A DNA stretch of 63,536 bases, filler included, from Cladosporium halotolerans (lineage: Eukaryota), in assembly GCF_011745625.1 (NCBI RefSeq). It is 16 parts of 16 records of this genome, joined end to end, with 100 filler letters (N's around TTAATTAATTAA, not from the genome) between each part and the next. Parts side by side here need not be neighbours in the genome. Positions count along the whole stretch, not along the records: positions 20,869 to 24,845 come from NW_027191704.1; positions 24,946 to 28,915 come from NW_027191705.1; positions 29,016 to 32,982 come from NW_027191706.1; positions 33,083 to 37,021 come from NW_027191707.1; 12 more parts are not named here. The stretch is one strand, 5' to 3'. Below, in pieces: positions 22,395-33,870 of this stretch. Each line of letters starts with the position of its first letter. The first letter of the stretch is position 1. The notes under the pieces were generated by a model, which was given only the letters and a program-made list of their open reading frames with translations, did not search any database and had not been told where the DNA came from. A program made the translations under genes and the position numbers.

Positions 22395-23987
22395 CTAAGC
22401 TGGCCGCCATTCGTAATGGTGTGATCCCTTCTTCGCCTTGCCCGGGTCTTCACCGGGAACTCCGGGTCGGTCAAAGTTGTGTGCGCCGAAGAAGCTGTTT
22501 ATACTCAGTCAGCTATTGGGCCTCGACTAGATCACGTTCAACTTACTCCATTTCTGCCTCCATGAATTGCGTAGCCAACATCGTCCCACCAGTATACTTG
22601 ATATACTCCAGCGATGCTGACAGTGATGGGACGTAAGCATGCCATTCGACTCCGCGGAGCACGATTTCTTGCAAAGCTTGGTAGTGCTTGTGCAGCTCGG
22701 CGGACACTTCATCAATGAGCTTCATGTTCGTAATTGGCTCCGTCGTGGAAGTGAAGATCGGCTGAAGCATATCCACGATGTACTCCTCCTTGATGATGCA
22801 GCCGGCGCGCCATATTCTGACCACCGTTCCCAGGTTAACATCCCAACCCTCGTCCTTGGAGGCGCGAGCGATGAGCTCCAGACCTTGACAATAAGCGCAA
22901 AGGAACGAAGCAAACACGGCCCGGCGTAGATTCTCGATGAAGGTGTCCTTGTGCTGGATCTGGGCTTTCGCAGGCTGGGGTATCTGCATCTTGTGAGCTG
23001 CGCGCAGCCTCTGATCGCGATCACCGCTCGCAACACGGAAAAACTGTCCTGCGGCGTTGGTCGGGAAAGACACATGGCGATCTGCAGCCTCTGCGATCGA
23101 CCAGAAGAGCGTTCCCTCACTGTCATCATCGTCTTGGACCACCTTGTCCAGAACGTCATCTAGCACGTAGCCGCCTTGTCCCCGGCCTTCGTGGTTCGCG
23201 TCGCCCTCTGGCGTCTTTTTGCGCTGGCAAATTTCAGAGCCAATCTGCACGAGATAAGTGTCTTTCAGCTCCCCTTCGCTGTTCCAGCGCTCAAAAATCT
23301 TGCCAACCTCGTCGTTTGATAGGTCGAGCGACTTGCGCAAAATGGACCAGGCTTCACACAGCGTGGACAGAAAGCCGTTTTCGATGCCGTTGTGGACCAT
23401 TTTTACATAGTGGCCGGACCCTTTGGGCCCGATGTAGCCCACACACGGATTCCCGTTCGAGTCCTTTGCTGCGTACCTTTCCAGCAGCGGAAGTACTTCC
23501 TCAACCGCCTTCCTCTCGCCACCAGGGGTCATACTCGGTCCACGGCGAGCAGCCTGGTAACCCTTACTCATGCCGGTGCCTACCCAATGCACGCCTTTCT
23601 TCTGGAGCTCACGCTGCCTCCGTTCAGTATTGCGATAAAGTGCTCATTGCCACCGTCAATGATAATGTCGCCTTCCGCCAGGTCGTCTTTGATTTTCTCC
23701 AAGACGCTGTCAGCTGGCGACCCGTGAGTGATGGAAAACATGAACAGTTTGCGGGGCGCGCTTTCAAGTGACTTTACGAAGTCATGGACGTCGTGAAAGC
23801 CTTCCCAGTTGCGCTTTTTGTGAATGCTTTTGCTCATCTCGATGGCTTCGTCGACGTTACGAGAGTTGACATCCCAAAGTGACACATCGAGCCCCATCTC
23901 GCTGAACGCCATCGCCATCTCGGTGCCCATATTACCGGCGCCCACGATGCCAATGCGCCTAAACTTCTGGATAGCATCCTCGGACAT
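22395..23987 (-). pseudogene. 6-phosphogluconate dehydrogenase (decarboxylating) paralogue with one frameshift
   Basis: IGIVGAGNMG, IIDGGNE, GSGHYVKMVHNGIE, IWRAGCII; 3' intron (~22496-22547) gives DFFGAHNFD...HYEWRPA*; frameshift in T-run at 23637-23639. Confidence 0.92.
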
Positions 23988-24217
23988 AGCTGCAATGACG
24001 GATCTGGTATTTTGACGGTTCGTATTCAAGAGGTGCGGACTCTCACGAGAATAAAACACCGGAACTCTTAAGAAATACAAGACTGCGTCCCCGCGAGCCG
24101 TGATCCCCCTGCATTTAATGATGCATAGTTGACGCACTTGAGGAGTAAGCGGCCCACCTGCTCAGCGGACTCAGTGGATTCGTACTCTACGTAATTAGAT
24201 GAGCGAAGAGAACGAGG

Positions 24218-24545
24218 ATGAGGGTCATACCAAGTGCGGTGGAGGGTGGCGAGGTCTCGCAGCAGGCTACGCCCGGGTTTGAGGCCGCGTCGACTGCGGC
24301 GCGTAAGAGAAAGGCCGAGGAAAGCGTCAACGACAAGCTTGCAGCGATGGCAGAGACCATCGCACAGCTGGTGGCGGCTCAAAGGGAAACGGCGGAGAGC
24401 CAGAAGGCGTTTCTTGACAGCAACAAGGCGCTGCTGGAAAGCAATCATGCGATGATGGAGACAATCAAGGCACAAGGTGAGGAGATCAGGGCACAAGGCG
24501 AGGAGATCAAGGCATTGAAGGCACTGCTGCAAGGAAGTCCCAACT
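24218..24545 (+). mobile_element. Probable truncated LINE ORF1 (gag) N-terminal coiled-coil fragment
   Basis: Heptad repeats ETIKAQGEEIRAQGEEIKALKALLQ; coding character lost after ~24540. Confidence 0.4.
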
Positions 24546-25425
24546 TCTTTTCGACTTTGTCACAGACAGGGTCATTGTTGGCATCATATTGTAGCGCAAA
24601 ACGAGCTGAGTAAAAGCACTTACTTATCAACACCGGCGCCTCGCTGGCGGCTATGCCACCACGCCGAAGGCATGTCGCAGACCCCGCAGAAGGTGATGTC
24701 TTCTCGACCAGGAACAGCGCGGACACCACCGAGCCAGTCGGAAGCGCTGCCGAATACCACCTGTCCCCAATCGGGGGGCGAGACAGACAGAACGACAAAG
24801 CAACCGGGATAGAGAAGCACACGGTAACACTGCGCCCGCTGCACCNNNNNNNNNNNNNNNNNNNNNNNNNNNNNNNNNNNNNNNNNNNNTTAATTAATTA
24901 ANNNNNNNNNNNNNNNNNNNNNNNNNNNNNNNNNNNNNNNNNNNNGAGAACGGGATCTCATCCGGCCCAGGAGCCTTGTTGGGGTTCGGTCGTGTTATTG
25001 CCCTCTCGATCTCTTCATCTGTCACTGCCGGCAGTGGTCCGACAATTGAGGGTGGGAGGAGAAAATCTGGCTTCCAATTGGCTCGGAGGCTTCCCCGCGC
25101 GTCCCAGACCCTCGAACGTCACCCGAGGTTGGACCTCCGCCACCTTTACTGCGGGCTGACATGCCCGCCAGTAAGGCGCGTGAGATTTCGATCGTGTGCA
25201 CCTAATCAGCTCGCTCAGCGCTCTTGAATGATGCAAAAATGACCCTGTCTTTGGCAAAGTCGAAAAGGGGGCCCTTTCGAGATCACTACACTCAATTTTT
25301 CCGGAGACCTCCAAAGCCATCCTTCTATGCATTCTTTTAGCTACGACAATTACATGTGACATCCGCTCGGTTCTGATAACAACTGAGCACAGCTCTGCAG
25401 ACAATTCACAGAACAAATCGCCTAC

Positions 25426-26320
25426 TTGATGGAAAGGGCGTCAATCACTTTGAAGAGCCTTATTGGTGCCTACAACAAGCAAATCCAGATACAGCTGGAT
25501 TCTGTGGTTCGCGAATTCAATGGTCTCTCTCAGAAGATCCTCAACACCGTTCGACTACATCACGAAGCGGCTTTCCATGACTTTGAGTGCCGCAAAAACA
25601 CAGGGGCAATTCCTGCCGATCCAACAAACTTCTAGGCATGTCTAGCAGGGTCGCTTCTCATGTGTGACTCTACTCAAATAGATCATGCAGGTGCTCGTCA
25701 GATCGAAGCAGAAATGGTACGTTCGATAAGAGTTTTTCAAAAGGTCTAGTAGCGCATGGATCCAGGCTGACCATATCAGCGTCAAATACTCACTCTTTTA
25801 CGAATTATACATGGATGTACCGCTCAGAACAGAAGACTAGGGCATCAGATTGTGGCCGTAGCCAAAGATATCCTTCAGAACCGGGAAAACCGGCTCCTGG
25901 AAAAAGGAGAGCCTTCAACGGAAACCTTGCTATGGGGTGAATGCGGCTTTGATACCGATACGAGTTCCCTGGCCATTGAATCGTTTTTATTTGGTAATCG
26001 CCTGTGCTCAGCTGACCTCGGAACCTGCATAAGCTGCATAGCCCATCTGAACCGAGTGATCGATCAGTTCGGATTACAAGGGCTGGATGTGAGAGGCCCG
26101 CCAATCCTCACTTCACCGGCGGATGATCGCTTGGAAAAATGTTGTCACAAAACTCCTCTCTCCGAGAATTTCAATTTTACACGGCTTGAAGCATGACATT
26201 ATCACCACTGTACGGCACGTTGGCAAGAAGAGATCGAAGGCTCATTAGCAGGCCCTCACAAAGATTTACGAAGATTAATTTTTGGCGAAGATACTAGCCA
26301 TCTCGCACGTCTTTAGCCAT
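25426..26320 (+). CDS. Hypothetical multi-exon protein (uncertain, possibly degenerate)
   Basis: Protein-like frames 25426-25635 and 25852-26088 ending at a GTGAG donor; no family recognised. Confidence 0.25.
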
Positions 26321-26569
26321 TACGTCTTGCATTCTTTGAGCACAGCTCCATTCGACACCGTAAGCTCAGCCATAGTAAAGATGCTCTAGAAGGAACAGGT
26401 CCTCCGAATGACAGCACAAAGATGTATCGCATCTTTAAGTATCGAAATGCTCGACGCTATAAGGGTGTCCAGTATCAGTGCACGAGATCAACTAGCCGAA
26501 GTCTAGTTAGTTGCCTTAATTCTAAGCCTGTCGCGATACGTGAGCGCGGTGTGATCTTACCTTCCCTTT

Positions 26570-27020
26570 CCCCTTCCACTCAACGACATCGCGATCATGG
26601 TAGACATTCGCGCCAAGATAAGGCGATCAAGCAGCATTTGCTGCACGCCTCGTGAGGAACAAGCCATTGTAGACTTTCTCCTCCGAGCGGACTGCGATGG
26701 GGTACCCTGCAAGAGTGAAGGATATGCGGGTCATGCAGCCATCCTTCTCCGAAGGCGTGCTCGGCAACGTGGACAGGGGCATCCTTCTGACGTAAGTTAC
26801 CTACATGTGACCTGAGTTCAGGCAAGGACTGGCTGCAAGCATTCTGTAGGCGTCACCATGAACTCGAGGTCGCACGTTTCAATCCGTTAGAATGGAGGAG
26901 ACTTGAGAAGAGACATGAGAAGAAAAACATCTATGCGAAAATTGTAGACTGATTTGATCTCCTGCGCGTACAACTAGAAGAAGCAAATGTCGTGCAGGAG
27001 AACATAAGTTACATCATGTG
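26570..27020 (+). mobile_element. Degenerate pogo/Fot1 transposase relic (CENP-B HTH region)
   Basis: Multi-frame reading HGRHSRQDKAIKQ..PREEQAIVDFL..GKDWLQAFCRRH..NIYAKIVD*FD..VVQEN, with frameshifts and a stop. Confidence 0.75.
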
Positions 27021-27193
27021 ACGCATAGCGTCGTGGACTCATGTCTATACGTGAACAAGCATGTCACTAATCGGAAAGCATGTCACTACCTCCTGGCATG
27101 TTTGTACAACGACATTTCCATGATCACTTTATAATAGCCCGCTTGGATCACCGAGCCAGTCTCGAGGCTATAGTGGCGTAGGCTTCTACGACC

Positions 27194-28033
27194 ATGCCAT
27201 CCACATTCGAACACGAGGAACTCGACGCTATGCCACCGGATGGCGGCTATGGATGGATATGCGTTTTCGCGTTATTTTTTGTCAATTTCTCAACTTGGGG
27301 CGCAGTAGCCGTGAGTAGGAGCATCGCGGATCGGAAGCCTAAAATGTCACTGACGCCTGAGCGTTTCGAAGTCGTTTGGTTTGTATCTGTCATACTACTT
27401 GGACACACAACGCTACCCAGACGCCTCGGAACTGGAGTTCGCCCTTGTCGGCGGTTTCAACTTCGCTTTTGCAATGATTGCAGCTTCCTTCGTCACAGCG
27501 CTTACGCACCGATTTGGCAGGACTTGGACCATGCCTACTGGGATAATACTGCAGACTAGCGGCTACATCGCTGCTGGCTTCACAGTCCGCATCTGGCAAC
27601 TAACGATCATCCACGGTGCTCTTGTCGGCCTTGGGATTGGTTTCATTTATGTCCCTAGCCTGCCTATTCTTTCCCAGTGGTTTCAAGCTCGGCGTAGCCT
27701 AGCAAATGGACTCGCAAGCGCAGGCTCTGGATTCGGAGCTATTCTATTCGTCTGGTCCACTAAGGCTGTCATCGACGCACTCGGTCTACGCTGGGCTCTA
27801 TGTATTACGGGCATTATCACTTTTGCCTTGTCCACTATCGGAACGGGCCTACTCCGCGATCGCAATAAAGACATATAGCCGCCAGAATCGGCTTTTGATA
27901 CTTCACTCCTCGCAAAGTACGAAGTGATCCTGCTTCTCGCCTGGTCTTTCATCAGTATGCTAGGCTATATCACGTTGCTCTTTTCGCTTTCAGACTTTGC
28001 GCTATCGATTGGTCTTTCGTCACAGCAGGCTTA
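27194..28033 (+). pseudogene. MFS monocarboxylate-transporter-like gene, N-terminal half
   Basis: PPDGGYGWICV, intron 27311-27371, LSQWFQARRSLANGLASAGSGFG; in-frame TAG at 27876-78; cut off by LINE sequence at ~28035. Confidence 0.9.
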
Positions 28034-28035
28034 AT

Positions 28036-28915
28036 TTGGTCTGTGGCACGTGCTTCAGGTCAAGTGAAGCCTGGTACAACTTCAGAACCGCACTGCCCAG
28101 CACCGGCCAGAGTTCCTCGAAATGTGATCTCGTCCAGAACAGGTGCTTTGTCGGACTTGGACTGTATAACCGCAGCTTCGACTTCTTCAAGAGTCAACTT
28201 TGGCAATTTGATCCTCAGAGGCACCTTTCTGCCCGCGTACTCGTGCGGTCTGTTGCCATTTCTCGTCACCAGCCTCGGCCTGACCGAAGTACTGTTTCGG
28301 TCCGCTGGTTGTGGAGGCATGGGAAAGAAAGATTCAAGGAGAAAGCTGGCCTTCTCCCTGTCCTCCGTCACTTCTGTTTCTCCTGCTTTTAAAACAGGTA
28401 TACCGTGGCTTGCGCGGCTGACCTTCGTGTACGCATAGGCTTTCCAAATGTTATCGCGATTGTTCAGGAACTCCGTCCAGTGCTGCCTTTTACATTGATC
28501 GATCTTGTCCATGTACAGACGTCGCACCAGCTTGACGCTCGCGGCGGCTTCCGCGACATCTTCACCCCTACGCCTGACCGCAGTTAAGTGGTTCCGTGTT
28601 GCGCTCAACGACAGTCGCAGCGCCTTCAGCTCGTCGGTCCACCATCGCTTGGCGTACGGCGACGGTCGCGCCCTTGCGACATGCTTTTCGAGAACCTCGT
28701 TGACCAACGCCTCAAGTCTGTCCACGGCCACCTCCAATCCATCCTTAGCGGATAATGCGTCAAAACTGGCGTCGTCTGCGAATCTTGCCGATACTTCCTC
28801 GCGTATCTTCTTCCAATCAGCTTTTTCATACATCCGTTTCCGTCGCTTCTCCTGACGCTCTGTCGTGTCCATCGCGAAATGAGCTCGAATAGCTTTGTGG
28901 TCGGAACCGTGATCG
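28036..28915 (-). mobile_element. Tad1-like LINE ORF2 fragment (APE end to RT start)
   Basis: DHGSDHKAI, PSPYAKRWWT, KRQHWTEFL, KAPVLDEIT, then frameshifted LYQASLDLKHVPQ. Confidence 0.92.
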
Positions 28916-29435
28916 NNNNNNNNNNNNNNNNNNNNNNNNNNNNNNNNNNNNNNNNNNNNTTAATTAATTAANNNNNNNNNNNNNNNNNNNNNNNNNNNNN
29001 NNNNNNNNNNNNNNNCAAAGCTCCGACTTTGAGTATACGCAGAGGTGTAGCGCGTGAGGAACAAGCTCGGCTCATCTTCGTCTCGTCCTGCGGCTGGCGT
29101 ATTTCCGGGAGGTGCCGGCCCGAACCCTGACCAAAGCGGCCGCGCACCGAGCTTGATCCATGATGCTCGAGCCTGCCACGGCTAAGCGTCGCATCATCGA
29201 CGGCAACGCGAGCGTCAATTCACTTCCCACTGCGCAATACCGTGACACTCATTCATGCACAGGCGTGCCGCACTCCCGATAGCTTCCCAGCTCTACACCT
29301 TGCAAGTGCAGTACAAGCGTGATACTCTTCCCTTTGCTTGGCAGTGCGACGTTTGAGAGCGTCCTTCACGTCCATCACGTCCATCACGTCCATCGATTGC
29401 CGCTGCGGCGCTGTGCTGCGACAGGCTCGCGACCC

Positions 29436-31950
29436 TCACCTCAGCTTAACCAGCGCAACCTCCCACAGCCGTACCATGGGCGCCTGGCGCCTACGCGAGA
29501 GATCGTCGTCCAAAAGGAGGACGGACAACCTAACGATGCAATTGTGCGGTTTTCGACTCCGGCATTGACAGCTAGGGAAAGGCACCAACATGTTGAAGTG
29601 CCGCACCAAGAGATGGGACATCACTCTCGTGGCAGGAATTGAGTAGGGACAAGGTTCCAAGAAGCTGCTGAAGCGCCACGGCCCAATCAAGACGTCCAGA
29701 GAGTATCGGTCTGCCTCTTCTTCCAGCAATTAAGCGGACGGTTCGCGTCATGCTGTCCAGAACGTGCCGTCGGCCGAGGACAATGCTGGCCGCATCGTCG
29801 CTATCGTGGGTCGCTGGCGTCTCGTGTTCTCGGCTGAGGCACCAGTCGTGGCTGTTCGCCATGGCTGAAGAATCGACTGGCTCACGCTCGACGAGGCTGC
29901 ACGTCGAAAATCCGCCGTGTGTTTTCGTTTGTAGAGCCGAGGCATCAGTGTCGTGAAGGCTCCATCTGTATGCGGCAAGAGCGGCTGAGATCTGCAAGGG
30001 AGCGGGGCCCAGGGTACGCTTTGAGCCGGGCGGTCTGGCGGTGGTGGGCGTCGCTTCGACCGCCCTGGCTTGACCCAAAGGCGGCCAAGCCAGCGCGACT
30101 TCTCACTACAATGCCGCAGGATGTCTGATGCTCCTGTGTACGATGAGTGAGCTGGCCTGAGTATGAACAATACATCCGAGCAGTCGGGACGTATTTCATT
30201 CGCGCCTCGATATCCCGAAGGCGCGTCGAGAAGATATTGGACCGCCGCTGCGGAAGACGAGATACCGGGAACATGTGGACGGGGCCGCCGCACATTTCAG
30301 TACTGTAAGAAACCGAGTTGCCTCGAGTTGGTGATACACGTTCACGGATGTCGGCCTGCCTCTCTCTCCAGCACCCCGAGCAAGAGGACCTTCGCGATCA
30401 GCACGGCGGACAACAAGTGCATTCGACGTCGTCATGGGCACAGGTCTCCAGTCGTACCACACGGTCAGCCACGTCACTCGGATCCGCGGCTGGACCTCGC
30501 GTTTTTCAAGCGGATGAGCACAATGTGCACTGCCTCACCTCACTTGAGTGATCCGCGCGGACGGTGCACAAACCATCAATCCAGCTTGATGGTCCGTGCA
30601 TGACTCTCCATTGCTCACGCCTCGTAAGAGCCTCGCTCGGCCGCCAGCAAGCCACGCTGTCCCGCATGTGCTCCCTTGAATCCATGTCGGGTCACTCGCG
30701 CCGTCGCTCTGCTAAGATGCGCTGCCGCCACCCGTCCAGCACCATTACAGTATCCACACGAACGTCAACACCAACATGCTCTTCCTCTGCTCGGACCTGA
30801 CCGAAATGTCGCATGTGGATTTCACCGAGCCTGATTTCATCCTGGTAGCTCCTGCTGGCAATGTTGATCAGCCACGATGCGTAAGACAGCCAAGTTTGCC
30901 ACTTCAAGATGTCTTGTCCAAGTTGGGGACACGACGGCGGGCGGTGAGGGCTGCACCGTGGCTGGGGCTGGGACTTGCACCCGTGCCACAGTGTACCAGG
31001 GCAAAAGCCTCTCGCGGACCCAGGCACGCGAGAATTTGGAATCTGGAGGCCTGTCAGTAGTCGTTCACGTGAATTTGTGGTGGATCACCAACGCCCACGT
31101 CAGAACTTCTGCGTATTGGGCCATGGCGCCAGTTTTGGTGATCGGCCACTCGCCGAGGCCGTGTTGATGGATGTAGACGTATACGTCTGCGAACAAGCAC
31201 CCCCGTGCCCCAATCCGATACTCTGTCAAATCGTGGTGCGATTGGGGCACGGCTTCCGTGTCCACCTCCAACGTAATATCGACTGTCGAGTCACTTTCGT
31301 GCTCGGCTTGAGGTTGAGTGCGTTTCGCGGCCCGATCAGCCGGAGCCAGATTGTGGCTGTCCCGATGACCTCGACAGAGAGCACGAGGATCCTGTCCACT
31401 TCCGTGGTCCAGACTGCACGTCCAATGTCATCCCACAGCGGGGCGAAGATGAAAGCGCTGGGTCCTGTGGCCCCGTGCAATCCGGTCGTCGTCGAGTGTC
31501 GGTCGCTTTCTGCATGGTGGCTTCTCGGGTCTGTTAGGTAACTTCTCATCTTGATTCGAGATGTCGATACCTAGCCGCATTTGCTGGAAGCTTGAGGCTG
31601 AGCGCACACGATGTGGTGTGGGTTGGAGAAAGGGTAGCAGTTGTTTTGGGGAAACGCGTGAATAGCCCCCCTTTACCAAGGCAGACCTGAGGACTCGACA
31701 ACAGACATCCGAAGCACTGGCTGCAATTTCGGTTGCAACCCCTGAGATGACTTGCCAATCGTCGAAAGTGGCGCGACACGCTGCCTGGGCAAAGAATGAC
31801 CCGTGGCAGTGAGCTGACTGCCACGGTGGATTAGTTCTTCGTCAGAAGGAAGCACGCTAGCTGCGAGATATCGTATCCTTCGCGTATGTTGAGGCAAGGC
31901 AGGAATTAGGGCGCAGGCGCGTCCGAAGCGTCCCATGCATGAGGGATGAG
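29436..31950 (-). pseudogene. Possible large decayed gene of unknown family
   Basis: Chain of protein-like minus-strand frames broken by stops and frameshifts; no motif recognised. Confidence 0.25.
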
Positions 31951-33082
31951 GAAGTTCAGGCAGCAACAGTCGCTAGGCTCGGGGAGGGCTTACAAAAAGC
32001 ACGACGGTCTACACGGTCGGCTTCCAAAGACGCAAATTTGCATACTGTACATCATATCTGCACCTATTCCATCCACGTCTGCGCTTCTCGAGTATGCACT
32101 TCTTTGAACATTCTCGACCTTGGCCCAGCCGGAGCACGATCCGCAGGGGAATGCTGAGTTCTCCGTTGAAGTTTTTGTTGATGATGCAGTCACAATCCGC
32201 GCCGCAGCATGTCCGAGCGCCTGCTTCAACAGACGGCCTGTGAAAGTAAAAATGGAATGCCCCGTCTGGGAAGTCTACAGAACTTCGGCAGACCTGGCGC
32301 CTATACCATACAACGCGCGAGCTCGAGTCTCGCAGAGCCCTGGTGCCAGCAAAAGTTCACCTCCCGCTCAGGCATGCTCCGCCCCAGCAAAGTGTCCCGA
32401 TCAGCGTGATGGCACTACAGAAGCTTTCGAGACGTTCCCAACAGGCAAAACCCAGTTTCCGGAAGGTTCTGCATGGTGCCCCGATGGCCGTGCCGTCGTG
32501 CGTCAAGGAAGTCAAACACCATCAACTATACCCGACTCTTTCTGCTCTCAAGTTCCTCAGAAACGAAGGCGTTCCGGGCGCCAGAGCGCTGATCAGCATA
32601 CGAGCGAGTGCAGACCTGCGCGCAAGTCCCCACGCGTCAGCCAAAGGCAGAAGACGGCAAGAGCCATGCACGAAAAGAGTCCTTAGGTTTGCAGCGCGCC
32701 TCGGTGCGCAGTTGCCAGAGGTAACGCAGTGGGTGCTCGTCCTCTTTCTTTGCAGTGGCGACACTTCTGATCAAAGGGCCGCACGTTCGCGCACATAGCA
32801 TGAGCCTCAATACTTGCAGAGAGCACCCGATAGTGTTTCAGCCATGGCGCACTTGAGTCCATACTCTTTCCTTCAATTGTCCGAGTACGACAAGGTCCGA
32901 TCGATCGATACGGTCAGGGGGCTGTTCAAGAAAGAATTTGATCAAGACATCAAGCGCCTTTCCTGCCTCCAAGCTTGTGGGANNNNNNNNNNNNNNNNNN
33001 NNNNNNNNNNNNNNNNNNNNNNNNNNTTAATTAATTAANNNNNNNNNNNNNNNNNNNNNNNNNNNNNNNNNNNNNNNNNNNN

Positions 33083-33870
33083 TTCCTTGCGAAAATCGCG
33101 AAGCACTCGTCTTCCGATTCGGTCCAGGCCTTCTCCTCAAAGTGCTGCCTGTTGGCATCAAGGGAATTTTTCGCAGGTTCCTGCCTGCGTCGATTGGATG
33201 AACGTCCTGCTGTGCTCCTTTCGGCTGCGCCGTGTGACTGATCGTAAGCCACACTGCCGCTTCCTCGCGGTTCGAGTCGCGAGATAGATGCCGGTCTGTG
33301 GCCAAGATTAGCAAGAAGAGATTGTCAAGGTCGTCTCGCGACTCACTGCCTGTTGACGTTGCGGTCGAGTTGTTGGCTGTGGGCGCCCGAGGAGGCCGAT
33401 GGCGTCGACCAGCTCGGACCAGGGTAGTACATGACATGCTGTCTTCCAGCGGCGGCCATCCACCCAGGCGAGACGTCTTGATGTGTCTGGTCGAAATGGT
33501 GGCCAAAGTCCTGACTCCCAGAAGGACGAAGCGGAAGCCCTGGCACGGAAGGGCCAAAAGCGTTGGCTGTGGAACAACCAGGCGCAAGGTTGGGCACTTC
33601 ATGGCTGAGTCGCTGTTCATGTTGATGTGGTTGCTGCTGGTAATCTGTGTACCCTTGCAGATGAAACTGACCTTCAGCAGCAGGTTGCAAATCCCACCCG
33701 TGCGTGGAGTCGTCAAAGGCTGAGCCAGACTCCGAGCCATTGACGGTGCCAGGCTCTACGCTACTGCCACCGGAGCCGTAGGTAAGGTTGGTCGAAGCAA
33801 CTGACGACTCCGTGCTCGTGGCGGTGAGGAGGCGAGGATCCACGTGGGACATGTCCATGCTGTCCGACAT
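33083..33870 (-). CDS. Putative Myb/SANT-type regulator, 5' part
   Basis: Low-complexity Q/S/H-rich exon, GTGAGT..CTAAT..CAG intron (~33296-33346), then KAWTESED at the contig edge; a 1-nt shift would continue VLRDFRKE. Confidence 0.45.
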
